The notes under the pieces: generated by a model
What the model was told of the DNA's origin: nothing
What the model saw: only the letters and a program-made list of their open reading frames with translations
Database searches by the model: none
Translations under genes and position numbers: made by a program
Shown: piece by piece, positions 1 to 8,601 of the stretch
Layout of the letters: each line of letters starts with the position of its first letter
Position numbering within the stretch: the stretch's first letter is position 1
Source: Planctomycetota bacterium
GTDB lineage: Bacteria; Planctomycetota; SZUA-567; H5-PLA8
Assembly (NCBI GenBank): GCA_045863855.1
Contig: BTVV01000011.1
Coordinates: 1-64,000 of the forward strand
DNA: 64,000 nucleotides
Direction: 5' to 3'

Positions 1-153
1 TTGAAGCTCGAAGAGCTTATCGAGATTCTTCTTAGTCGCGTCCTTGGCGTCCTGCTTGTTCGTGAAGGGGCCGGTGAAATCCGGGTCGTGTCGCGCGAGC
101 TTGACGTGTTGGCCGGGTTTGATGCGCAGGCGCGCGGTGAGCGACTCGGTCAC
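1..153 (-). CDS. Polyphosphate kinase 2 family protein, N-terminal part (runs off window edge)
   Basis: Manual translation from GTG at 153: MTESLTARLRIKPGQHVKLARHDPDFTGPFTNKQDAKDATKKNLDKLFELQ. This resembles the N-terminus of class III PPK2. AGGAGG RBS just upstream. Not in the ORF track. Confidence 0.7.
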   Translation of the reverse strand, partial: MTESLTARLRIKPGQHVKLARHDPDFTGPFTNKQDAKDATKKNLDKLFELQ

Positions 154-165
154 GGGAAGCCTCCT

Positions 166-199
166 GAAACAGAAAGAGGCCGCGGGTTGCCGCGGCCTC
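166..199 (-). terminator. Intrinsic terminator downstream of tRNA-Leu
   Basis: 10-bp perfect stem GAGGCCGCGG/CCGCGGCCTC followed by TTTCTGTTTC on the minus strand. Confidence 0.7.
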
Positions 200-215
200 G
201 GTCCGAGCTTCTAGT

Positions 216-302
216 TGGTGCGCACGAGTGGATTTGAACCACCACGGGATTGCTCCCACCAGCCCCTCAAGCTGGCGCGTCTGCCAATTCCGCCACGTGC
301 GC
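216..302 (-). tRNA. tRNA-Leu (anticodon GAG)
   Basis: Minus strand GCGCACGTGGCGGAATTGGCAGACGCGCCAGCTTGAGGGGCTGG...GGTTCAAATCCACTCGTGCGCACCA: 7-bp acceptor stem, long variable arm, T-loop, encoded CCA. Confidence 0.97.
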
Positions 303-360
303 ACGGGAAGGCTGGATTCCGGATCGATTGTCAAGCCGGCGCCACACCTGCCGCGGAAGG

Positions 361-388
361 ATTGTGCGGGCTTTCGTCCGCTTGTCAA
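361..388 (-). promoter_or_regulatory. Putative sigma70 promoter for tRNA-Leu
   Basis: TTGACA-N16-CACAAT on the minus strand; a second TTGACA lies near 329-334. Confidence 0.5.
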
Positions 389-411
389 ATGAACCCGTGG
401 CTTTGAGGGCC

Positions 412-1215
412 CTAAACCGCTCGCACGGCCACCGCGCTGCCCACGCCTGCTTTAAGCGCGCGCGCCGCCGAACCGTCGCGGACCGCCACTTCCAGGTGCC
501 CGAAGCTGCCCCACAGCGCTACAGCTTGCCCCGGTCTCGCTTCGGCGTAGTGACTCACCAGCGGGAGCTTGAGGCGGCCCAGGCGGATCTCGAGCTTCGC
601 GCCCGGCGGAACCTCGGCGGCGGCGAGGTTCGTGACGAGGTTCCCGAAGCGGTCGGCGTAGATCACGCGCACGCCGCGGAGGCCCGGCCGGACGGGCGGC
701 CAAGGCAGCGGCGCGAGGCCGGCGGTCGGCGCCGCGGGTCCCAGCTTGGCGAGGCCGAAGCCTTGGGCCAGCTTGGCCGCGGCCGGCGCGAAGCAATCGC
801 GGCCGTGAAAAACGGGACTGACCGGATGCCGGAAGCAGCGCGCGTTCGTGACGGCGCGCAGCGCCGTGGGCCGGCCCCACGCCTGGAGCGCCGCGATCAG
901 GCCGTTGTCGGGCAGCAGCGCCACGCGGCCCGGCCCGAAGCCCGCCGCGAGGATGCGCCGCGTGCTGCCGACGCCCGGATCGACCACGGCGCAGAGCACC
1001 ATCGGGCGCGGCAGGCAGGGCAGCGCTCCTTTAAGGATGAGCGCCGCGGCGACCGTATCCTGGGCCGGGAGGTCGTGCGCGAGGTCGATGGTGCGCACAC
1101 CGGGGGCGTTCGATTCCAAGACAAGCTTCATCTGGCCGACGTATGCGCTGCCCGGGCCAAAGTCGGTCAGGAGCACGACGGGCCAAGGGCGGGGGCTCGC
1201 GGAGCGTGGGGGCAT
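412..1215 (-). CDS. SAM hydroxide adenosyltransferase / SAM hydrolase (DUF62 family)
   Basis: LLTDFG, VVDPGVGSTRR, FHGRD and DRFGNLVTN motifs. Confidence 0.9.
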   Translation of the reverse strand: MPPRSASPRPWPVVLLTDFGPGSAYVGQMKLVLESNAPGVRTIDLAHDLPAQDTVAAALILKGALPCLPRPMVLCAVVDPGVGSTRRILAAGFGPGRVALLPDNGLIAALQAWGRPTALRAVTNARCFRHPVSPVFHGRDCFAPAAAKLAQGFGLAKLGPAAPTAGLAPLPWPPVRPGLRGVRVIYADRFGNLVTNLAAAEVPPGAKLEIRLGRLKLPLVSHYAEARPGQAVALWGSFGHLEVAVRDGSAARALKAGVGSAVAVRAV

Positions 1216-1361
1216 ACGCAGCAGATTGGACGCCGGACGGGGGCGCTGTCAAATCCCGGTCCCGTTTCTTGTCAAATCGGTGGCAAGCGCTATGAACGAT
1301 GGGCGCAGGAACCGCATTTCATTCGTTTCGACTGTATTCGCCGGCAGGGGGTTCGCCGAAC

Positions 1362-3383
1362 GTGGCCACGCTTGTGGGTGAATTGGTGGTGCTCTCGGGT
1401 CCCTACAAGGGCCGGCGGGTTCCGATCAGTAAAGATGTGATCCGGATGGGGCGCGAGCGCACCAGCGACGTGTCGTTGGAAGACGAAGCCGCCAGCCGCC
1501 ACCACGCCGAGATCCGCGTCACCGAAGGCCGGCTCTCCGTCGTCGATCTCGACAGCACCAACGGCACCTACGTCAACGACGCCCGCATCGCGGCCGAGAC
1601 GATCCTGCAGAACGGCGACCGCGTCGCCATCGGAGATACGGTTTTCCTTCTGGAGTGCCACGCGTCCCGGGTCATGCCTTCGCCGCAGGTGGTTTTCAGC
1701 GAAGACCGCAAGAACGCCGCGACGCGCATGACGCTCAAGATGGACGAGACGAAGCTGCTGGAACTCAAGGACGGGACGACGATCCCGGACGCGCAGCGGC
1801 ATCTGACGTTGCTCTACGAATTCATGCGCACGGTCAGTTCGATTCTGCACCGCCGCGCGCTGCTGGAAAAGGTGCTCGATTTTCTGCTCCAGGGCTTCGG
1901 CGCAGACCGCGGCGTGATCCTGCTGCTGGCTCCGGACGGTTCGCCGGGCTTGAAGTTCATCCGCACCAAGGAAGGACTCAAGCGCCAGGAAGACATTCAG
2001 ATCTCCCGCACCGCCGCGCGCGAGGTGCTCGAGAACAAGGAAAGTTTCCTCTCGATCAACGCCGAGACCGACGAGCGCCTGCGGCAGGCCGATTCGATCC
2101 ATACCATGCACGTTCAGTCGATCATGGGCGTGCCGTTGCAGCTCAAGGACCGCGTGCTGGGGCTGATCTACATCGACAAGATCGAGGGCGGGGATCCGTT
2201 CAGCGAGGCCGACCTCAAGCTCTGCAGCGCCATGGCCGTGCAGGCCGCCGTCTGCCTCGAAAACACGAACCTGTATACCGAGCTGCTCGACGCGGCCGAG
2301 TTCAACAACTCGGTCTTGCGTTCGCTCTCCAGCGGGCTGCTGGTGGTGGACGTGTACGGCCGGATCGTGCGCATCAACCGTGCGGCGCTGGAGATTCTGG
2401 AACAGACCGAAGGCGCGCTGCTGGGCCGCAAGCTCTCCGAGGTCGAAGAGCTTTCCGAGATGAACAAACTGGTCTCGGAGACGCTGCAAACGGGCAAGAG
2501 CGAAGACCGCTACGAAGTGCGCGTGCAGACACCTCGCGGTCCGGTTCCGGTGGGGCTCAGCACCTCGCCGCAGACCGATCACGCGGGGAGTCTGGTGGGC
2601 GTCGTGGCCAACTTCCGCGACCTGACCCGCATCCGCCGCCTCGAAGAACAGCTCCGCCGCAGCCAGCACCTCGCCGCCTTGGGCCAGATGGCCGCCGGTG
2701 TGGCGCACGAGATCCGCAATCCGCTCAACTCGATCCGCGGCTTTACGCAGCTTATCCAGGAGTCGGTGCACAAGAAGGAGAGCACCGAGAAGTTCGGCGA
2801 GTACACGCAGATCGTGCTCGAAGAAGTCGACCGCATGAACAAGATTGTCCAGGACCTGCTGGACTACTCGCGCCAGCGCGAACTGACGCTGATGCCGGTG
2901 CACATGGACCGCCTCATCGCCGATCTGCTCAAGGATATGCAGCCCGATTTCAAGAACGCGAAAGTGAAGGCCGAACTTGTCGAGCCCGAAACGCCGATGC
3001 CCGGCGTGCTGGGCAACGGCGACAAGCTGCGCCAGGTGCTGCGCAACATCGTGCTCAACGCGGTTCAAGCCAGCCGCGAAGACGGTTCGGTGACGCTGCG
3101 GCTGCGCATCGTCGAAGGCGCGGTGCTTTTCCGCGAAGGCGACCAGCCGCCCGAAGAGCGCCCGCGCCGCGAGGTCGCCGTGGAGATCGAGGACCGCGGC
3201 CACGGGATTCCGCCCGAGACGCTGCCGCGCATCTTCGATCCGTTCTATACCGATAAGGATGTGGGGACGGGTTTGGGCCTGTCCATCTCGCAGAAGATCG
3301 TCGATCAGCATGGCGGGCGCATCGAAGTCAGCAGCGTGGCCGGCGAAGGCAGCACCTTCACCGTATACCTGCCCGCCATCTGA
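1362..3383 (+). CDS. Cytoplasmic FHA-GAF-PAS sensor histidine kinase
   Basis: FHA (GR..SRHHA..DLDSTNGTYVN), GAF (SIMGVPL..LGLIYID), PAS, H-box AHEIRNPL, N/G1/F/G2 boxes; no TM. GTG start at 1362 is uncertain. Confidence 0.9.
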   Translation: MATLVGELVVLSGPYKGRRVPISKDVIRMGRERTSDVSLEDEAASRHHAEIRVTEGRLSVVDLDSTNGTYVNDARIAAETILQNGDRVAIGDTVFLLECHASRVMPSPQVVFSEDRKNAATRMTLKMDETKLLELKDGTTIPDAQRHLTLLYEFMRTVSSILHRRALLEKVLDFLLQGFGADRGVILLLAPDGSPGLKFIRTKEGLKRQEDIQISRTAAREVLENKESFLSINAETDERLRQADSIHTMHVQSIMGVPLQLKDRVLGLIYIDKIEGGDPFSEADLKLCSAMAVQAAVCLENTNLYTELLDAAEFNNSVLRSLSSGLLVVDVYGRIVRINRAALEILEQTEGALLGRKLSEVEELSEMNKLVSETLQTGKSEDRYEVRVQTPRGPVPVGLSTSPQTDHAGSLVGVVANFRDLTRIRRLEEQLRRSQHLAALGQMAAGVAHEIRNPLNSIRGFTQLIQESVHKKESTEKFGEYTQIVLEEVDRMNKIVQDLLDYSRQRELTLMPVHMDRLIADLLKDMQPDFKNAKVKAELVEPETPMPGVLGNGDKLRQVLRNIVLNAVQASREDGSVTLRLRIVEGAVLFREGDQPPEERPRREVAVEIEDRGHGIPPETLPRIFDPFYTDKDVGTGLGLSISQKIVDQHGGRIEVSSVAGEGSTFTVYLPAI

Positions 3384-3432
3384 CGGCGCGCGAGTCGTCC
3401 GTGCCGCCGCACAATTAAAGGGGGAACGCCGC

Positions 3433-4224
3433 ATGAAGCCGGGCATCACGCAGTTGTGTCTCAAGCGCGAACGTCTCGAGGCCGATCTCGACCAGGCCAA
3501 GGCCTGCGGCTACGAGGCCATCGAACTGGTCTTCAGCGACCACGGCCAGCCCGGCATCGACGCGACGAACGCCGAACTTGACGCCGTGCGCAAAGCCTGC
3601 GACGCGCGCGGCATCGAAGTCAGCAGCCTGATCGCCACGCGCAAGGACTCCGGCTCGCTGCTCAGCCCCGACGCCGCTTCGCGCGAGAAGCGCAGCGCGA
3701 TCCTGCGCCGCGGGATCGAGATCGCCGAGCGCATCGGCGTCGACGGGATGCTTCTGCATCCGGGGCAGCTCGAAGCGCAGGACAGCCACTTCCGCGCCTG
3801 GAACGATTGCCGCGACGCGCTCAGGAAGCTCGCCCCCGCGGCCGAGAAAGCCAACTGCGCGGTTTGCATCGAGAATGTCTGGAACAAGTTCATCCTCTCG
3901 CCGCGCGAAGCCGTCCAGTTCGTCGACGAAGTCGGCAGCTCGCACATCGGCATCTACCTCGATACCGCGAACCTGCTCCACTTCGGCTTCACCGAGATGT
4001 GGGTCCGCGACATCGGCAAGCGCATCAAGAAGGTGCACGTCAAGGATTACAAACGCAATCCGCCCACCTGGACCCAACTTATGGACGGCGACTGCAACTG
4101 GCCCGTGGTGATGAAAGAACTCCGCGCCATCGGCTTCGACGGCGCGCTGATCAGCGAAGTCGGCGGCGACGAAGCGCGGATGAAGGAGACGGCCGAGCGC
4201 ATCAAGAAGATCATGGCGCTGTAG
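3433..4224 (+). CDS. Sugar phosphate isomerase/epimerase (xylose isomerase-like TIM barrel)
   Basis: IENVWNKF, LDTAN and HVKD metal-binding motifs. Confidence 0.85.
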   Translation: MKPGITQLCLKRERLEADLDQAKACGYEAIELVFSDHGQPGIDATNAELDAVRKACDARGIEVSSLIATRKDSGSLLSPDAASREKRSAILRRGIEIAERIGVDGMLLHPGQLEAQDSHFRAWNDCRDALRKLAPAAEKANCAVCIENVWNKFILSPREAVQFVDEVGSSHIGIYLDTANLLHFGFTEMWVRDIGKRIKKVHVKDYKRNPPTWTQLMDGDCNWPVVMKELRAIGFDGALISEVGGDEARMKETAERIKKIMAL

Positions 4225-4256
4225 CCAAACGGGTCACCCTTTACCAAGGCGTACGC

Positions 4257-5009
4257 ATGTCCCGCTCCATCTTGATCACCGGCGCCGGCAGCGGTCTGGG
4301 CCGCGGCTTGGCCGAACACTTCGCGCGCGCGGGCTGGCGCGTCGTCGCGTGCGACGTCCAACTCGCGGCCGTGACCGAGACGGTCGCGGGCCTCCCCGGA
4401 GCCCGCGCGCTGGCGTTCGACGTGAGCGATCCCGGCGCCGTCGAGCGCGCGGTGGCCGAACTGGGCGAGGCCTCCGTCGAGGTGCTCGTCAACAACGCCG
4501 GCTTGCAGCACGTCGCGAAGCTCGAGGAATTTCCGCCCGAGCGCTTCGGGCAGCTTATCGACATCATGCTCAAGGGCCCGTTTCTGCTCACCCGCGCGCT
4601 GTTGCCGCGCATGCGCGCCGCCGGCTACGGCCGCGTCGTGAACGTCGGCTCGATCCACGCGCTGGTGGCTTCGCCCTTCAAGAGCGCCTACGTCGCCGCC
4701 AAGCACGGGCTGCTGGGGCTCGCGAAAGTCGCGGCGCTCGAGACCGCCGACGCCGACATCACCGTGAATACCCTCTGCCCCAGCTACATACATACGCCGC
4801 TGGTCGATAAGCAGATCAAGAACCAGGCCCAGGTCCACGGCCTCAGCGAAGCCGAAGTCATCGCCAAGATCATGCTCGAGCCGATGCCCAAGAAGCAGTT
4901 CATTACCGTCGAGGAAGTGGCGGGAACGATCGAGTTTCTGTGCAGCCCCGCCGCGCGGAACATCACCGGGCAAGCGATCGTCATCGACGGCGGCTGGACG
5001 GCGCGCTAA
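4257..5009 (+). CDS. 3-hydroxybutyrate dehydrogenase (SDR)
   Basis: TGAGSGLG, NNAGLQHV, SPFKSAYVAAKHG motifs typical of BDH. Confidence 0.85.
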   Translation: MSRSILITGAGSGLGRGLAEHFARAGWRVVACDVQLAAVTETVAGLPGARALAFDVSDPGAVERAVAELGEASVEVLVNNAGLQHVAKLEEFPPERFGQLIDIMLKGPFLLTRALLPRMRAAGYGRVVNVGSIHALVASPFKSAYVAAKHGLLGLAKVAALETADADITVNTLCPSYIHTPLVDKQIKNQAQVHGLSEAEVIAKIMLEPMPKKQFITVEEVAGTIEFLCSPAARNITGQAIVIDGGWTAR

Positions 5010-5055
5010 GCCGATCTGCCGGCCCGATACGCTCCGTCCCTCGGTGGTATGGCCG

Positions 5056-5628
5056 TTAAGCCTTCGCTTCGAAGAAGACCATCGCGTGCGGGCCGTCGGT
5101 CCAGTGCCGCACCACCGTCAGGCCTTCCGGAGCGGGGACGGCCGCTTTGCGCTCGCAGCGGAGCATCAGCCGCCCGCCGGGGCGCAGCAGCGTGCCGGCC
5201 AGCGCCAGTTCCGCATCCAGCGCCGGTCGGTGCGCCGGCTCGCGGCTGAACTCGAACGGCGGATCGTACAGCATCAGGTCGAAGCGCGGGCCTTGCCCCT
5301 GGATCTGCGCGAGGACACTGCCCACCTCGCCGCGGCGCAGTTCGGCGCCTCCCTGCAACCGGGTCTTGGCCAGATTCGCTTCCAGAAGTTTCATGGCGTC
5401 GGCACGGCGTTCGACGAAAAGGCAGCGCTCGGCGCCGCGCGAGAGCGCCTCGATGCCCAGCGTCCCCGTCCCGGCGTAAAGATCGGCCACCGATGCGCCC
5501 GCCAGAAGCCCCGCGCTGTCGAGGATCGAGAAGAGGCTTTTCTTGATCCGGTCCAGGATCGGGCGCGTATCGAAGTCGGGGACGGTTTTCAGCGGCACGC
5601 CGCGGGCGAGGCCGGATAATACGCGCAT
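5056..5628 (-). CDS. rsmD: 16S rRNA (guanine966-N2)-methyltransferase
   Basis: MRVLSG..RG, TRP, DLYAGTGTLGIEALSRGA, DPPF. Confidence 0.9.
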   Translation of the reverse strand: MRVLSGLARGVPLKTVPDFDTRPILDRIKKSLFSILDSAGLLAGASVADLYAGTGTLGIEALSRGAERCLFVERRADAMKLLEANLAKTRLQGGAELRRGEVGSVLAQIQGQGPRFDLMLYDPPFEFSREPAHRPALDAELALAGTLLRPGGRLMLRCERKAAVPAPEGLTVVRHWTDGPHAMVFFEAKA

Positions 5629-5751
5629 GGTGCAAGCTCTTTCCGTTGGGTGATAAAGATGCTCATACCGGATACGGTTTGTGCAGTCTAATGAATGACG
5701 GGAGCCTCTTACGTACGGCATTGGGCGGCGGCGAAAAAGGAATCGGCAAGC

Positions 5752-7116
5752 ATGCGGAGCGGGTTACGAGTCGGAATCGTCTTGGCGGTGTGTTTCCTGG
5801 TTGGCGTGCACGGCTCGGAGATCGACGGGAAGGTCAAGAAGGCCCGCGATAAGGTGTTCCCGGCGCTGGTCAACGTCCGGCCGATTCTGGAACTGTACCA
5901 GGGCGGCGAAAAGGTCGTGACGGGGCAGCACATCGGCAGCGGCGTCATCTTTTCGCCCGAAGGCCATGTGCTCACCAATTTCCACGTCGCCGGGCACGCC
6001 GAGAAGGTGATCCTGACGCTGGGCACCAAGGAACGCGTCCACGGCAAGGTGATCGGCGGCGACGCCTGGACCGATCTGGCCGTCGTGCAGATCAACATGG
6101 ACGAGTGGCGCAAGTACCACGCCGGGACGCCGGTGCCGTACGCCGAACTGGGCGATTCGGCCAAGCTGGAAGTCGGCGAGCCCGTCCTCGCCATGGGCAG
6201 CCCGCGCGGTCTGTCGCGCAGCGTGACCATGGGCATCCTTTCCAACACCGAACGCTACCTCGGCGACGAGATGACGCTCCCCACCGGCGAACGGACCGGC
6301 ACCTTCAACACCTGGCTGCAGACCGACGCGGCGATCAACCCCGGCAATTCCGGCGGGCCCCTGGTGAATCTCAAGGGCCAGGTGATCGGCATCAACAGCC
6401 GCGGCGTCGGCGGGAGCAACAATCTGGGCTTTGCCGTCCCGGTCAATCTGGTCAAGCAGGTCGTCAGCGAGATACTGGCCAAAGGCAAGGTGACGCGCAG
6501 CAACCTGGGCGCGGCGCTGCAAGAACTTCAGGAACTAGAGGAACTTTTCGGGGTCGATAACCGCAAGGGCGTGCTGGTCACCGCCGTCGAACCCGGCAGC
6601 CCCGCCGAAGAAGCCGGACTGCTGGCCGGCGACGTGATCCTCTCCTTCGACGGAGAGGACGTCGTCGCGCGCTTCGTCGAGGATCTGCCCGCGCTGTACA
6701 CGCGCATCGCGCGCTGGCCCGTGGGGAGCAAACACGCCATCAGCGTGCAGCGCAAGGACCGCACCCTCGATCTTTCCGTCGTCACCGAGGAACTCACCCA
6801 GGTCAGCGGCAAGGAAGTCGAAGTGGCCGAATGGGCGATGACCGTCCGCGACCTGACCGAGAGCCAGAAGCGCGATCTGGACGTGCCGCAAGGGGTCTTC
6901 GTCAGCGGGACCAAGCCCGGCGGACTGGCCGCGCTGGCCAAGCTGGAACCCGGCGACGTCATCCAAAGCGTCGATAACGTCGAGACACCCACGGTCCGCG
7001 CGCTGCGTGAAGCCGTCGACAAGGCGATGGAGTCGAAGGACGAAAAGAAGCTCGTGGCCGTCAAAATCAGGCGCGGCAAAGGAAACTACGTCCGCGCCGT
7101 GCGGCTGCAGGATTGA
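5752..7116 (+). CDS. HtrA/DegP-family serine protease with two PDZ domains
   Basis: Signal peptide; intact triad TNFHVA, TDLAVV, TDAAINPGNSGGPL; PDZ motifs. Confidence 0.92.
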   Translation: MRSGLRVGIVLAVCFLVGVHGSEIDGKVKKARDKVFPALVNVRPILELYQGGEKVVTGQHIGSGVIFSPEGHVLTNFHVAGHAEKVILTLGTKERVHGKVIGGDAWTDLAVVQINMDEWRKYHAGTPVPYAELGDSAKLEVGEPVLAMGSPRGLSRSVTMGILSNTERYLGDEMTLPTGERTGTFNTWLQTDAAINPGNSGGPLVNLKGQVIGINSRGVGGSNNLGFAVPVNLVKQVVSEILAKGKVTRSNLGAALQELQELEELFGVDNRKGVLVTAVEPGSPAEEAGLLAGDVILSFDGEDVVARFVEDLPALYTRIARWPVGSKHAISVQRKDRTLDLSVVTEELTQVSGKEVEVAEWAMTVRDLTESQKRDLDVPQGVFVSGTKPGGLAALAKLEPGDVIQSVDNVETPTVRALREAVDKAMESKDEKKLVAVKIRRGKGNYVRAVRLQD

Positions 7117-7157
7117 ACGTTCAGGACAGGCCCATGAAGAAGGAAAGGTGTTCGACG

Positions 7158-8567
7158 ATGCAAAGGCGGTTGCTGCTGCTGGCGGTGTGGATCTTCTGCG
7201 GGCTTCCGGTGCTGCGGGCCGCCGATCCGGGAGCGATCCTGGCCAAGGCCGAGCCCGCGCTGGTGCGCGTCACCTTCAACGTGGTCATGGAGAACGGCGC
7301 CAAGCGGCCCATCGTCGCCGCCGGCACGATCCTCAACGCCGAAGGGCTCACCGCCATCGGCGGCGACTGGCTCCCGCGCCAGATGCCCGACGACCGCTTC
7401 GCCGACTTCAAGATGCAATGGGTCGCCGAAGAAGATCAGCCCGAGATCAAGGCCGAACTCGTCGCGCGCGATTCCGATCTGCACGCCGCGCTCGTCAAGC
7501 CCGCCGAAGCGCTGCCCGAGAAGCTCAAGCTCGTCCCGGCGGCGCTCGGCGATCCGGCCAAGCTCCAGCGCGGCGATACCGTCTGGGGCCTGGGGCTGCT
7601 CCCGCCCGCTTACCGCTCCACCCTCGATTTCGGTTCCGGCCAGATCGTGAAGCGCGTGACCCACCCGCAGGAACTTTTCGTCCTGACCGGCGACGCCGCC
7701 AAGACGCTCTTCGGACCCATCCTGAACGCCGACGGAGACGTGGTCGGCTTCGTGGTTCAGGATCCGATCTTCGACCGTGCGCAGGCCCGGCCGGGCGGGG
7801 AAGCGCGGCCCGCGTCGGTCTTTTTGCCCGTCACGCGCCTCAAAGAACTGCTCGAAGATCCGTCCAAGAAGCGCAAGAAGGCGTGGCTCGGCGTCGCCGA
7901 CATGCAGCCGTTGCCCAAGGACGTCGGGCTCGTTCTGGGCCTCAGCGAAGAACAGGCCAAGCAGGGCGGGGTGATCGTCGGACGGGTCCTGGAAGGCCAG
8001 CCCGCCGCCAAGGCCGGTTTGCAGGCCGACGACATCGTCGTGCAGCTTGCCGGCGAAGCCGTCGAAGTCCGCAACGACAACGACCTGCGCGCGTTCATGG
8101 AACGCCTTTCGCGCCTCGAAGTCGGGCAGACCGTCGAACTGGCCGTGCTGCGCCAGAAAGAGAAGCACGCGCTGAAGGTCGAACTCACCGAACGCCCCAA
8201 GGAAGAATCCGAAGCGCCGCGCTACGAGCACAAACCCTTTGGGCTGGTGCTCCGCGAACTCGTCTACTACGACCGCCTCGCGCTGGACCTGGAGACCGAT
8301 TCCAGCGGGCTGCTGGTGCATTACGTCAAGAGCGGCTCCCCGCCCGAACTCGGCGGGCTGCGCAAAGGCGATATCATCCTGAAGGTCGATGACGTCGAAT
8401 TGAGCGGAAGCGGCGAAGAGACGTTCAAGCAGTTCGAAAGCCTGCTGGCCGAACGCAAGGAGAAGCAGAAGAAGGAATTCGTGCTCTTCGTCTCGCGCGG
8501 CAAGAAGGGCCAGAACAGCGCCTTCGTGAAGGTCGAGACCGATTGGACCCAGCCGGCCGCGGAATAG
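7158..8567 (+). CDS. HtrA-like protein with degenerate protease domain and two PDZ domains
   Basis: Signal peptide; trypsin-like remnants (AGTILNAEG, GPILNADGDVVG) but no TNxHV or GNSGG; PDZ (AWLGV..GQPAAKAGLQADD). Confidence 0.75.
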   Translation: MQRRLLLLAVWIFCGLPVLRAADPGAILAKAEPALVRVTFNVVMENGAKRPIVAAGTILNAEGLTAIGGDWLPRQMPDDRFADFKMQWVAEEDQPEIKAELVARDSDLHAALVKPAEALPEKLKLVPAALGDPAKLQRGDTVWGLGLLPPAYRSTLDFGSGQIVKRVTHPQELFVLTGDAAKTLFGPILNADGDVVGFVVQDPIFDRAQARPGGEARPASVFLPVTRLKELLEDPSKKRKKAWLGVADMQPLPKDVGLVLGLSEEQAKQGGVIVGRVLEGQPAAKAGLQADDIVVQLAGEAVEVRNDNDLRAFMERLSRLEVGQTVELAVLRQKEKHALKVELTERPKEESEAPRYEHKPFGLVLRELVYYDRLALDLETDSSGLLVHYVKSGSPPELGGLRKGDIILKVDDVELSGSGEETFKQFESLLAERKEKQKKEFVLFVSRGKKGQNSAFVKVETDWTQPAAE

Positions 8568-8601
8568 CCGCGCCGGCCGAACGTGGAAAGGCAGGCCGGC
8601 G

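Noticed and set aside
216..302. tRNA as integration site of an island or prophage
   Set aside because: Followed directly by a terminator and a housekeeping-type gene; no integrase or duplicated tRNA 3' end in the window.
412..1215. Fluorinase/chlorinase
   Set aside because: Has FHGRD with His plus the conserved Asp and Arg of SAM hydrolases; halogenases have Tyr at that position. No biosynthetic cluster nearby.
1290..3500. Long antisense ORFs (also 25187-27562, 32868-35276, 54549-56537, 8425-10407 and others)
   Set aside because: Shadow ORFs expected from high-GC codon bias opposite clearly recognisable genes; no motifs of their own.
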